A stretch of 64,000 bases of DNA. Source: Candidatus Nomurabacteria bacterium (GTDB lineage: Bacteria; Patescibacteriota; Minisyncoccia; Phycocordibacterales; UBA9973). Made by a program: the position numbers and the translations under genes. Below, piece by piece: positions 47,111 to 55,918 of this stretch (positions are counted from its first letter, which is position 1; each line of letters starts with the position of its first letter). Where the stretch lies: assembly GCA_052035405.1 (NCBI GenBank), contig JBPOHQ010000002.1, positions 334 to 64,333 of the forward strand, read 5' to 3'. Under the pieces are notes generated by a model. The model did not search any database, was not told the origin of the DNA, and saw only the letters and a program-made list of their open reading frames with translations.

Positions 47111-47941
47111 ATGAAAAATACTGTTATCGAAATACTCTTACCAAATAGTGACCCTAATGGTCTTCGTATTGTAAAACTTGCCGGGTGGATTGGTAGGGCA
47201 TTTATTGTACCCAGAACAGAAATTAAGCAAATCAAAACTCTTAGAGAAGCAAATTTTCCTGCGGTGTATTTTCTTTTTGGAGAAGGTGAGAATGGCCCCC
47301 TCGTATATATTGGACAAACAGACAATTTCGATAGACGAATGAATCAGCAATCAGTAGGGAAGGATTATTGGGACATTGCCCTGGTTTTTACTGGTGAGTC
47401 TGAAATTGATGTCCAATACCTAGAACGTGTGTGTACTGAAGTTGCACAACGAGCAAAACGTTACGAAATTAAAAATGGAACCGGAACTCCAGGTAGAAGT
47501 ATTTCTGACTTTCAAAAAGTAACACATGAAGATTTTTTTGAAAAAATGTCCTTTGTAGCTACTCTTTTAGGATATCCTATTTTTGAGAGTATAAAAGAAT
47601 CATTGTCGGGTGAAAAGATTTACTTTTTGAAAACCAAAGAAGGAGTTGATGCACGAGCTCAATTGTTGGCAGACGGTAGTTTAAATGTACTAAAAGGTTC
47701 ATTGGCAAGAATTCGAGAGACAGTTGCATTTTGGGGCTGGTCATTAGTAGCTAGAAAAAAGTTTTTACAAGACGGAATTCTAGTTGATAATGGTGATGGT
47801 GTTTCTTATAAATATACCAAAGACGTACTTTTTGACAGCCCAACAGCTGCCGCGGCAACCACTCTAGGTAGTCCTGTTAATGGTTGGACTGCATGGAAAG
47901 ACGAAAAAGGGAATACATTAGATCAAAATTTAAGGAAATAA
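47111..47941 (+). CDS. GIY-YIG nuclease domain protein with a DUF4357-like C-terminal domain.
   Basis: AVYFLF…GPLVYIGQTDNFDRRMNQ fits the GIY-YIG motif (GIY…YIG…R…Q/H). Long C-terminal domain. 55 nt downstream of res. Confidence 0.55.
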   Translation: MKNTVIEILLPNSDPNGLRIVKLAGWIGRAFIVPRTEIKQIKTLREANFPAVYFLFGEGENGPLVYIGQTDNFDRRMNQQSVGKDYWDIALVFTGESEIDVQYLERVCTEVAQRAKRYEIKNGTGTPGRSISDFQKVTHEDFFEKMSFVATLLGYPIFESIKESLSGEKIYFLKTKEGVDARAQLLADGSLNVLKGSLARIRETVAFWGWSLVARKKFLQDGILVDNGDGVSYKYTKDVLFDSPTAAAATTLGSPVNGWTAWKDEKGNTLDQNLRK

Positions 47942-47953
47942 TTATATTAAGTT

Positions 47954-48385
47954 ATGAATAAAGAAGAAAAAGAAAATAAAAAAGAAATCGAAAAAATGTT
48001 AGAGTTGTCAAATAAAAAATTTTGGAATTCTTTGAATGAGCAACAAAAGAAAGCTGTTGTTGATAAGTATTATACTTTAAGAAGTATAGAACACTTGAAC
48101 ATAGATAAGGTGTTGGAAATAAATTCCAATCTTCGTTTTAATTTTTATATTTTGTTTTTAGGACTAGGACTAGGGGTTTTTGGAAATATGTTCGCAGAAA
48201 TAATTTCAAATTTTTTAAAACTAACCTTCGGATCTATTTTTTATAATTGTTTTACAATTGCACTCTTTGTATTTTTGCTAATTCTGGGGTTTAGAGAAAC
48301 TAGAAAAGTTGGGGCTGAGCATTTAGGTGAAAATAAAGTATTAGAACATTTATTAGATTTAGTTAAAAAAGATAATATTAAATAA
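47954..48385 (+). CDS. Hypothetical protein with a C-terminal double TM.
   Basis: 143 aa. Lys/Glu-rich N-terminus. Two hydrophobic helices. Confidence 0.4.
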   Translation: MNKEEKENKKEIEKMLELSNKKFWNSLNEQQKKAVVDKYYTLRSIEHLNIDKVLEINSNLRFNFYILFLGLGLGVFGNMFAEIISNFLKLTFGSIFYNCFTIALFVFLLILGFRETRKVGAEHLGENKVLEHLLDLVKKDNIK

Positions 48386-48387
48386 TT

Positions 48388-48960
48388 ATGAAAATAACAT
48401 CAGCTGTCTTTGTGCGAGGGGCGAGAGGGGAAAACGATATATTAAACGATGGGATACCTCAGATAGCCTTTATCGGCCGAGCGAATGCTGGGAAATCAAG
48501 CCTTATTAACTCTTTTACTGGTGTTAAAAATCTTGCTATTACCAGTAGTACTCCAGGCCGTACTCAAGAACTAAATATCTTTTTAATCAACAAAAAATTC
48601 TATTTTATAGACTTGCCTGGATATGGTTATGCGAAGGCCACCTTTGAGAAATGGAAAGAAATGAACAAACTCATTTATTGGTATCTCATCGAGTCTCCGT
48701 ATGAGCCAAAGATAGTGCTCATCGTAGACGCAGAGATAGGTCCAACAGAAGACGATATGGGTGTGCTTAAATACCTCGAAGAAAAAGGTAAGGATATCGT
48801 GATCGTGGCGAATAAAGTAGATAAGATTAAAAAATCTCAATATCTCAATCAATTAAAAAAAATCAGAGACAAAATGCCCGGACACAAAGTATTCCCATAT
48901 TCTTCAAAAGAAAAGATAGGTATAGGAGAACTCTCTGCAGAATTACTTGGAAGAAGGTAA
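48388..48960 (+). CDS. engB: Ribosome biogenesis GTPase EngB/YsxC.
   Basis: G1 GRANAGKSS, G3 DLPG, G4 NKVD. EngB length. Confidence 0.85.
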   Translation: MKITSAVFVRGARGENDILNDGIPQIAFIGRANAGKSSLINSFTGVKNLAITSSTPGRTQELNIFLINKKFYFIDLPGYGYAKATFEKWKEMNKLIYWYLIESPYEPKIVLIVDAEIGPTEDDMGVLKYLEEKGKDIVIVANKVDKIKKSQYLNQLKKIRDKMPGHKVFPYSSKEKIGIGELSAELLGRR

Positions 48961-48963
48961 CCA

Positions 48964-49395
48964 ATGAATATTGATTGGAAAAAAGTAAAGAAGATACCAG
49001 GATGGTGGAGATGGGTGCCATTTCTCCAGGTGGACGTCGCCGCGACGGTGTATCCGTATATGTATTTCCCAAAGGATGTTTTCGATGATTTACATAGTGA
49101 TAGTCCAGATAAAAACAACTTTTCAATTCTCGTTCATGAGAGAGTGCACCTGGAGAGGCAGATACAGTATGGGGCACTTGCATGGAATTTAAAATATATT
49201 TTTTCTAAAAAGTTTAGACTCAAAGAAGAGCTTGAAGCAATTACGGTGCAAATGAAGTATATGAAAGAAAATAACTTTGAATACAATATCGAAAGGAAAG
49301 CCAGTCAGTTTGCAAGTAGTGTGTATCTGTGGGTCTTGCCAGAGGATAAGGCTCGAGATGTCTTAACTAAACTTTGGAATACTAAAGGAGTATAA
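48964..49395 (+). CDS. Hypothetical protein with an HExxH motif (possible zinc peptidase).
   Basis: ILVHERVHLERQ. Confidence 0.4.
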   Translation: MNIDWKKVKKIPGWWRWVPFLQVDVAATVYPYMYFPKDVFDDLHSDSPDKNNFSILVHERVHLERQIQYGALAWNLKYIFSKKFRLKEELEAITVQMKYMKENNFEYNIERKASQFASSVYLWVLPEDKARDVLTKLWNTKGV

Positions 49396-49402
49396 TGTAG
49401 GT

Positions 49403-49846
49403 ATGAAAAAAGACAAGAAAATAATTTGGCTTTTTGTTTTATCAGTAATGGGTGTCGCTTTCTCTGGGTATTTGAGTGGAGTAAAGCTTTTTACAAAAAC
49501 ATGTGCCTTCAATGAGTCGTGTCCATATTTCTGGGGTTATCCGGCTTGTTACTTTGGGTTCGGTCTTTTCTTTACACTTTTTGTCGTATCTTCCTTGCTT
49601 TTTGCTCAAAAAATAGAAAACAAAAACGGACTGATATCGATGAGCTTCGTGTCATTTCTCGGAGTATTGTTTGCCGGGTATTTCACACTAAAAGAAATTC
49701 CTATTTTGCTTCGAGATGGTCTCAGTGCCTATCTCTTTGGTCTACCTACTTGTGCGTTAGGGCTAGTCTTCTTTATTGTGATTTTTATTACTTCATTGAT
49801 TGGAGCAAGTAAAAAAGATTTAGTTGAGCAATCCTTTCAGGATTAA
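49403..49846 (+). CDS. Hypothetical four-TM membrane protein with conserved cysteines.
   Basis: TM helices. Cys in KTCAFNESCPYFWGYPACYFG and LPTCALG. The VKOR/DsbB CxxC motif is not present. Confidence 0.4.
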   Translation: MKKDKKIIWLFVLSVMGVAFSGYLSGVKLFTKTCAFNESCPYFWGYPACYFGFGLFFTLFVVSSLLFAQKIENKNGLISMSFVSFLGVLFAGYFTLKEIPILLRDGLSAYLFGLPTCALGLVFFIVIFITSLIGASKKDLVEQSFQD

Positions 49847-49858
49847 GAAGGGAAGATA

Positions 49859-50404
49859 ATGGCATCTGACGAACATCATAAAATTAATTTCAATATTAAA
49901 TCTCGTAAAGGTGCTCGAGGTATTCGCATCGCTGTAAATGGTGACGGGTCTGTCGTAGTGACCAAACCATCACGGGTGCCTCGTGTCCTTACTGAAGCCT
50001 TCGTAAATTCTAAGATGGATTGGATCATTACGCAGATACGAGAGGTGGAAAAAAGACCTAAGAAGCTCTTCTCACATTACTCCGCAAAAGATTTTAAAGA
50101 ACATAAACAAAACGCATATCTACTGGCTCATAATAGAGTTCTTTATTTTAATACATTTTATAAACATGAAGTGCGTAATATAACGATACGCAATCAGAAA
50201 ACCCGCTGGGGAAGCTGCTCGGGAAAAGGTAATTTAAGTTTTAACTACAAGATAGTCTTCTTGCCAAAAGAATTGCAGGACTATCTGATCGTGCACGAAC
50301 TCTGTCATCTGAAGGAAATGAATCATTCTGTTCGTTTCTGGAATTTGGTTCAAGAACATATACCCGAATACAGAAAATTAAGACAAAAAATAAAAATATA
50401 TTAA
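49859..50404 (+). CDS. YgjP-like (DUF45/SprT-like) zinc metallopeptidase.
   Basis: RWGSCS…DYLIVHELCHLKEMNHSVRFW matches the YgjP HExxH…NH signature. Confidence 0.7.
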   Translation: MASDEHHKINFNIKSRKGARGIRIAVNGDGSVVVTKPSRVPRVLTEAFVNSKMDWIITQIREVEKRPKKLFSHYSAKDFKEHKQNAYLLAHNRVLYFNTFYKHEVRNITIRNQKTRWGSCSGKGNLSFNYKIVFLPKELQDYLIVHELCHLKEMNHSVRFWNLVQEHIPEYRKLRQKIKIY

Positions 50405-50454
50405 TTCAAAATTTCAAGATAGACGGATACGGTTTCTTTTACTACAATACATAC

Positions 50455-50592
50455 ATGTTGACTAAAGTAATCATATTTGTAGCTATCCTCATAGGTCTCA
50501 TTTTTGCAATGATGGATTTCTACGACAGAAATGATAAAGATGAAGAGTATGATATGGTTGCGTTTTTTAAGAAATTATTCAAGAAAAATTAA
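50455..50592 (+). CDS. Possible small membrane peptide (45 aa).
   Basis: Not in the ORF track. MLTKVIIFVAILIGLIFAMMDFYDRNDKDEEYDMVAFFKKLFKKN. Confidence 0.25.
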   Translation: MLTKVIIFVAILIGLIFAMMDFYDRNDKDEEYDMVAFFKKLFKKN

Positions 50593-50604
50593 TATAAAAA
50601 TCAT

Positions 50605-51351
50605 ATGAAAAACAGTAGTATAAAACAAGGAGGATATGTAGGGCTTATATTGATATTGTTAGGAGTACTGGGTGTCGGATTATTTACCTTTAGAACTCAG
50701 ATTTTCTCTGGTGATAAAGAAAGTAAAAGTACGACAGAGAGAGATTTATACGCAATAGATCAAGCACGAGAAGCTAAAGACTTGATTGAGCAAAATAGTA
50801 AAAATACAACAGCAGAAGGTGAGATATTAGAAAAAACTGATCAAAAAGTCGCTGATCAAAATAATAATAAAAAAATTATGCAAGCAGTATTACATACAAG
50901 TAAAGGAGACATTACTATAGATTTCAGTGAGTCTACTCCAAAGACAGTTGAGAATTTTGTAAAATTAGCAAAAGAAGGATTCTATGATGGAACAAAATTC
51001 CACAGAGTTATAAAAGGATTTATGAACCAAGGAGGAGATCCATTATCTAAGGATGATGCAAAATCTGACTACTGGGGAACTGGAGGACCAGGATATAAAT
51101 TTGCAGATGAGATAGTCGCAGGTAATAAAAATGATAAGTACACCATATCCATGGCCAATGCTGGACCAAATACGAATGGATCACAATTTTTTATAAATGT
51201 TGCTGATAATAATTTCTTGGATACAAAACATACTGTTTTTGGTAAAGTAATTACTGGTATGAATGTTGTTGACGCCATAAACAATGTTGCTACTAATCCT
51301 GGAGATAGACCTATAGAACCAGTATTCATAAAGAACATAACACTAAAATAG
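50605..51351 (+). CDS. Cyclophilin-type peptidyl-prolyl cis-trans isomerase, N-terminally anchored or secreted.
   Basis: N-terminal TM/signal. FHRVIKGFMNQGGD, MANAGPNTNGSQFFI, TVFGKV cyclophilin motifs. Confidence 0.85.
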   Translation: MKNSSIKQGGYVGLILILLGVLGVGLFTFRTQIFSGDKESKSTTERDLYAIDQAREAKDLIEQNSKNTTAEGEILEKTDQKVADQNNNKKIMQAVLHTSKGDITIDFSESTPKTVENFVKLAKEGFYDGTKFHRVIKGFMNQGGDPLSKDDAKSDYWGTGGPGYKFADEIVAGNKNDKYTISMANAGPNTNGSQFFINVADNNFLDTKHTVFGKVITGMNVVDAINNVATNPGDRPIEPVFIKNITLK

Positions 51352-51377
51352 AGTGATGGAAGTTATTTAAATAAAAA

Positions 51378-51410
51378 TACTCACACTGATCCCGGTGTGA
51401 GTATTTTTAT
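51378..51410 (+). terminator. Rho-independent terminator after the PPIase gene.
   Basis: tactcacac-tgatcccgg-tgtgagta hairpin followed by TTTTT. Confidence 0.55.
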
Positions 51411-51441
51411 TATGGTATAATAAATACGTAACTAACTGATC

Positions 51442-52179
51442 ATGAAAAAGCACACATACACAATCATATTTGTTGCATTTATTGTTTTAATTATTATTTT
51501 TCTGATTTTAGAAGATAGGAAAATCTCTCAAATATCAGATGAATCTAATACTACAGATGCAGTGAATTTAACAAACAATACAAATAATCAGAACTTTGAT
51601 GGTAAGTATTGCTATACTTATTTGCAAAAAGCTACTCCTGAGGCACCGTATGCTGTAGAAGAGCACATATTTATGAGTGTAGTTGGGGATATTGTGACTG
51701 GAGAAAAAACTGGTACTCAAAAAGGTCCAGATATGACTAATGGTTATTATGGTGCACTCACGGGTACAAAAAAAGGAAACGATATCGAAGTTATCTATGC
51801 CTATACTGTGGAGGGTTCACAAAATAAAGAAAAAGAATTGTATGTTATGTCAGAAAATAGTCTTGATAAAAAGAGATATTCATTGCTAGAGAAAAATGGA
51901 ATGCTTGTACCTGATTTAAATAGTACTGTAAGGATAATAAGTTATGCTCAGGAGTCATGTGAGAAATATTTTGTGGAGAATTATTTAAAAGAAAACATAG
52001 TCACACTTTCTCCTATTAAACCTATTCTCGGTGGAAGTTGGTATGTAGTCTCTGTTACAGTGAATACGATCAATAGCACGGGGGAAGTTGTGTATGAAGA
52101 TGGTCACGTTCAAGAGAAGAGAGATTTCACGTATGGCATTGATCAAAAAGGAGAGATTACTAGTTTAATTTTAAAATAA
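51442..52179 (+). CDS. Hypothetical N-terminally anchored or exported protein.
   Basis: N-terminal TM. Asn/Thr-rich linker. No motif. Confidence 0.4.
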   Translation: MKKHTYTIIFVAFIVLIIIFLILEDRKISQISDESNTTDAVNLTNNTNNQNFDGKYCYTYLQKATPEAPYAVEEHIFMSVVGDIVTGEKTGTQKGPDMTNGYYGALTGTKKGNDIEVIYAYTVEGSQNKEKELYVMSENSLDKKRYSLLEKNGMLVPDLNSTVRIISYAQESCEKYFVENYLKENIVTLSPIKPILGGSWYVVSVTVNTINSTGEVVYEDGHVQEKRDFTYGIDQKGEITSLILK

Positions 52180-52182
52180 AAG

Positions 52183-53127
52183 ATGGCAAAAAATAAAAAA
52201 ATTGCAATTGTTCTAGGGATATTGGTTTGTGTACTTCTCGTTGTGGGTGTTATTTTTTATGCTCTTAATTTTAAAAAAGAACAAGATACGGTCGTTATTA
52301 CAGGAGATACTATGGAAGTTCCCAATCTAGATTCTAAAAATATGACTTATATCATAGAAGGCGAGACATTTGTATTAAAGGATGGTGTCGCGGAAAAAGA
52401 AGGAGAGCCAGGGACCTTGAGTAAAAATATGTTGACCATGTTTAATGAGCCTGTATATGGAGATTTTGATAGAGATGGAGATGTGGATGCGGCAGTATGG
52501 CTTTTAAATGATTCTGGTGGTACAGGTAAATTCCATTATGCTGTATTAAATATAAATACAGGATCTTCTTATAGGCCTACCAATGCAATGTTTTTAGGAG
52601 ATAGAATATCCCCACAATTTATAAATATTCAAGAAGGTAGAGTTGTGTATAATTTTAAAGAAAGAAGACCAAATGATCCCATGACTGCAGAGCCTACAAT
52701 AGAAAAGAGTATTTGGATTCATTACAATCAAAACACTGGAGAAATAGGTGAATTTGTAAAAGACTTTGAAGGTGAAGCCGATATACATAAAATGAATTTA
52801 TTTATGAAGACATGGAATTGGGTTTCTGCTACTTACCCTGAGGGCAATAAAATTTACCCAGAGAAAGCAAATGCTTTTACTATTTCTTTTAAGAAAGATG
52901 GAACTTTCTCTGCTTCAACAGACTGTAATGGCATTGGAGGAAATTATATTGTAAAAAATAAAGCTATAACATTTAGCGATATGCTTGGCACACTTATGTA
53001 CTGTGAAGGATCACAAGAAGATAAATTTAGAGAAATTTTTGAAAAGACAGATAATTATTATTTCACATCCAAAGGAGAGCTGATCTTTGGATTTAAAGGT
53101 GGTAGCGGTATCGCTATCTTTAGATAA
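52183..53127 (+). CDS. Hypothetical exported protein with a C-terminal META/HslJ-like domain.
   Basis: N-terminal TM. DFDRDGDVDAAVW. C-terminal WNWVSATYPEG…STDCNGIGGNY…MYCEG resembles the META domain. Confidence 0.45.
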   Translation: MAKNKKIAIVLGILVCVLLVVGVIFYALNFKKEQDTVVITGDTMEVPNLDSKNMTYIIEGETFVLKDGVAEKEGEPGTLSKNMLTMFNEPVYGDFDRDGDVDAAVWLLNDSGGTGKFHYAVLNINTGSSYRPTNAMFLGDRISPQFINIQEGRVVYNFKERRPNDPMTAEPTIEKSIWIHYNQNTGEIGEFVKDFEGEADIHKMNLFMKTWNWVSATYPEGNKIYPEKANAFTISFKKDGTFSASTDCNGIGGNYIVKNKAITFSDMLGTLMYCEGSQEDKFREIFEKTDNYYFTSKGELIFGFKGGSGIAIFR

Positions 53128-53132
53128 AATAT

Positions 53133-53537
53133 ATGTACACTTTCTTAAAATTGTATCTCATCACGTTACCTGTATTTTTCGTGTTTGATATGGTTTGGCT
53201 TGGGTTGGTCGCTAAAAAACTTTATGCAAAACAAATAGGATTTCTTTTAAAACCAGATGTAAATTGGACTGCGGCTATTTCTTTTTATTTATTATTTATT
53301 GTAGGCTTAGTTTTGTTTGTGGTGAGTCCAGCACTTGAAAAACATTCCTGGATGCATGCACTAGTTTTTGGTGCACTCTTTGGACTTATCACCTATGCTA
53401 CATACGACCTGACAAATCTAGCCACGACGAGAGATTGGCCGCTCTTAATAACTTTTGTAGACATGGCTTGGGGGACGGTTTTATCAGCTTCCGTATGTAC
53501 GATAGCGTACTTCATCGCGGAGAAATTACATATATGA
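53133..53537 (+). CDS. Small four-TM membrane protein (DUF2177-like, tentative).
   Basis: 134 aa with four hydrophobic helices. Confidence 0.35.
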   Translation: MYTFLKLYLITLPVFFVFDMVWLGLVAKKLYAKQIGFLLKPDVNWTAAISFYLLFIVGLVLFVVSPALEKHSWMHALVFGALFGLITYATYDLTNLATTRDWPLLITFVDMAWGTVLSASVCTIAYFIAEKLHI

Positions 53538-54307
53538 TGTACTTCACTTGCTTAGCGTTGCTACTCTTTATTTACATGAACCTTTGGTTCGTGACTTCTA
53601 TTTTTGAAAAACGAAATGATATCGCAGATATTGCATGGGGAATAGGATTTGTTTTTCTTGCGTGGGCTTCTTTGCTCATGTCAGAAAGTGTATCTACGCT
53701 AGGTCTATGTGTTACTACTCTGGTAACCGTTTGGGGAATTCGCCTAGCGTACCATATCTTTAAGAGGAATTGGGGTAAACCAGAAGATTATCGATATAGA
53801 ACATGGAGAGAAGAGTGGGGTCAATGGTTTTATTTGCGTTCTTATTTTCAAATCTATATTTTACAAGGCTTCTTGTTATTTTTAGTTGTATTTCCTGTAC
53901 TTTTTATAAATATATACAACACAGCGTCTCTGAATTGGATTTCTATAGTTGGGATTGTGGTGTGGGTTCTTGGTTTCTTTTTTGAATCAGTTGGAGACAT
54001 GCAATTAGCAAAGTTTATTAAAAATCCTGAAAACAAAGGTAAACTCATGCAAAGTGGACTTTGGAAATATACACGACACCCAAATTACTTTGGAGAGGTC
54101 ACGCAATGGTGGGGAATTTTTATTATTGCTTTATCTGTTCCGTATGGATGGGTTACTATTATTAGTCCATTCACTATTACTTTTCTTATTTTGAAGGTAT
54201 CAGGAGTACCTATGCTTGAGAAAAAAATGGAACAGAATCCAGACTTTGCAGAATATAAAAAAAGAACAAGTATGTTTATACCTTTACCAGTTAAAAAAGA
54301 TTTATAA
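53534..54307 (+). CDS. Membrane methyltransferase-like protein of the ICMT/DUF1295/steroid-reductase family.
   Basis: C-terminal SGLWKYTRHPNYFGEVTQWWG motif. Polytopic. The ATG at 53534 overlaps the previous stop (ATGA). Confidence 0.6.
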   Translation: MMYFTCLALLLFIYMNLWFVTSIFEKRNDIADIAWGIGFVFLAWASLLMSESVSTLGLCVTTLVTVWGIRLAYHIFKRNWGKPEDYRYRTWREEWGQWFYLRSYFQIYILQGFLLFLVVFPVLFINIYNTASLNWISIVGIVVWVLGFFFESVGDMQLAKFIKNPENKGKLMQSGLWKYTRHPNYFGEVTQWWGIFIIALSVPYGWVTIISPFTITFLILKVSGVPMLEKKMEQNPDFAEYKKRTSMFIPLPVKKDL

Positions 54308-54308
54308 C

Positions 54309-54767
54309 ATGTCTTATCTAACTTTAGATTTTGTTGGATTATTTATTTTGTTTGCTGGTTTTATTATCGGTCTAGGTGCTGTAACCGTCATAGATTTGCA
54401 CGGTTTTTTAGGACGTAAATCTACCTATTGGACAGAAGCCACTACTCGCACCCATAAAGTCACCAAACCCTTAATATGGTTAGGTATGTTTTTAGTAATT
54501 ATCGGTGAAAGTATTCTCTATAGAGATATAGGTTTGAACAGTGTTACTATTTATCACATTATTACTGCTTTCATTATGATTGTAAATGGCATTTTCTTGT
54601 CGTTTTCTGTAAGTCCCTTCTTGATAAAAAGAGAGTTAGAAGGTAGATCAAAAGATTTACTTCCAAATTCTTGGCAAACAAAAATAACTGTCTCTTTTTT
54701 TGTTTCTTTTGTTTGTTGGTGGAGTAATTTAGCTGTTGTGGTTTTATTTTTGGTAAGTAAATTTTAA
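54309..54767 (+). CDS. Hypothetical polytopic membrane protein.
   Basis: 152 aa from the ATG at 54309, four TM helices. The track's upstream extension overlaps the previous gene. Confidence 0.4.
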   Translation: MSYLTLDFVGLFILFAGFIIGLGAVTVIDLHGFLGRKSTYWTEATTRTHKVTKPLIWLGMFLVIIGESILYRDIGLNSVTIYHIITAFIMIVNGIFLSFSVSPFLIKRELEGRSKDLLPNSWQTKITVSFFVSFVCWWSNLAVVVLFLVSKF

Positions 54768-54769
54768 TC

Positions 54770-55279
54770 ATGAAAATAAAAAAAGTTTTAGTAAGAGATA
54801 AAATGCAAAAGAATTATCTATACGAACTCTCTGAGCCGACAGGTAAGCATTTTGACCCAGAGTTTAGTCCAGATTTAACCCCAAAAGAAATGCTCGAGCT
54901 TGGAGTTTTTGGGGGGTTGTATTTCTCAGATAAACCGAAAGAGTTTCCAAGATCCTGGTTTTTAAAAGCAAAACTCTCAAAGGATGGAAAAAGACATAAA
55001 GAGTTAAATTTTTTTAAAGTTAATGCGAGTCAGTCACTTGCTACTTGGCGGAAAAATGGTTGGATAGAAAAACAAGATCCTCGTGGCTGGATGCAGTGGT
55101 ATTTTCGGTACTATATGGGAAGAAGAAGCCCAGATGATACTCGTCAAATAAAGCGCTGGAAGGCTATGACAAGGCATATAGCTCAGATTACTCGTAAATG
55201 CAGAAAGGGAGATATTCACTGTAATACCCGTCAAAGACAAGCACTGTTGCATTGGGGGTATGACAGTAGAAAGTTTTAG
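54770..55279 (+). CDS. Hypothetical basic Trp/Tyr/Arg-rich protein.
   Basis: 169 aa. GWMQWYFRYYMGRR motif. No assignable family. Confidence 0.4.
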   Translation: MKIKKVLVRDKMQKNYLYELSEPTGKHFDPEFSPDLTPKEMLELGVFGGLYFSDKPKEFPRSWFLKAKLSKDGKRHKELNFFKVNASQSLATWRKNGWIEKQDPRGWMQWYFRYYMGRRSPDDTRQIKRWKAMTRHIAQITRKCRKGDIHCNTRQRQALLHWGYDSRKF

Positions 55280-55320
55280 TTATTATCAATATAGATAGAA
55301 TGTTATAATAGAATATTATT

Positions 55321-55917
55321 ATGCTTGAATTATTTAATATACCTTATCTTTTGATCACTTACGGCTACGCTGGAATTTTTTCAATTGTGTTTTTAGAGTC
55401 AGGTATTTTTTTTGCATTGCCTGGAGATAGTTTACTTTTTACTGCAGGACTTTTGGCTTCGACTACTTACCTTAAACTCTATATCTTAATACCTATTATT
55501 TTTGTGGGGACATTTCTTGGAGGTATAGTGGGGTATTATATCGGTGTGCATATTCATAGACTTTGTAAATATTCTTTGTTTAAAAAAATATTAAAAGAAG
55601 AACATATAGAAAAAGCTCATGAATTTTTTATGAAATATGGAAAAGGTGCGATTATATTTTCTCGCTTTATTCCTATTTTGCGTACTTTTATGCCTATAGC
55701 AGCTGGGGTAGCTCATATGGAATATAAATCTTTTTTGAAATATAGCCTCATAGGATCTTTTGTATGGTCTACTAGTGTTACCCTTGTAGGTTATTTCTTG
55801 GGACAAGTTTTTCCAAAGATTAAAGACTATATGACTTGGGTAGTCATAATTGTGGTTTTGTTATCTGTATTGCCTGCTGTTGTGGAAATGTTAAGAAAAA
55901 CAAAAAACGATAAGTAG
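55321..55917 (+). CDS. DedA/VTT family membrane protein.
   Basis: GYAGIFSIVFLESGIFFALPGDSLLFTAG is the DedA signature. Confidence 0.75.
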   Translation: MLELFNIPYLLITYGYAGIFSIVFLESGIFFALPGDSLLFTAGLLASTTYLKLYILIPIIFVGTFLGGIVGYYIGVHIHRLCKYSLFKKILKEEHIEKAHEFFMKYGKGAIIFSRFIPILRTFMPIAAGVAHMEYKSFLKYSLIGSFVWSTSVTLVGYFLGQVFPKIKDYMTWVVIIVVLLSVLPAVVEMLRKTKNDK

Positions 55918-55918
55918 T

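Noticed and set aside
49403-49846. Considered a VKOR/DsbB-type thiol oxidoreductase call for the Cys-containing membrane protein.
   Set aside because: No CxxC motif in a TM helix. The cysteine spacing does not match either family.
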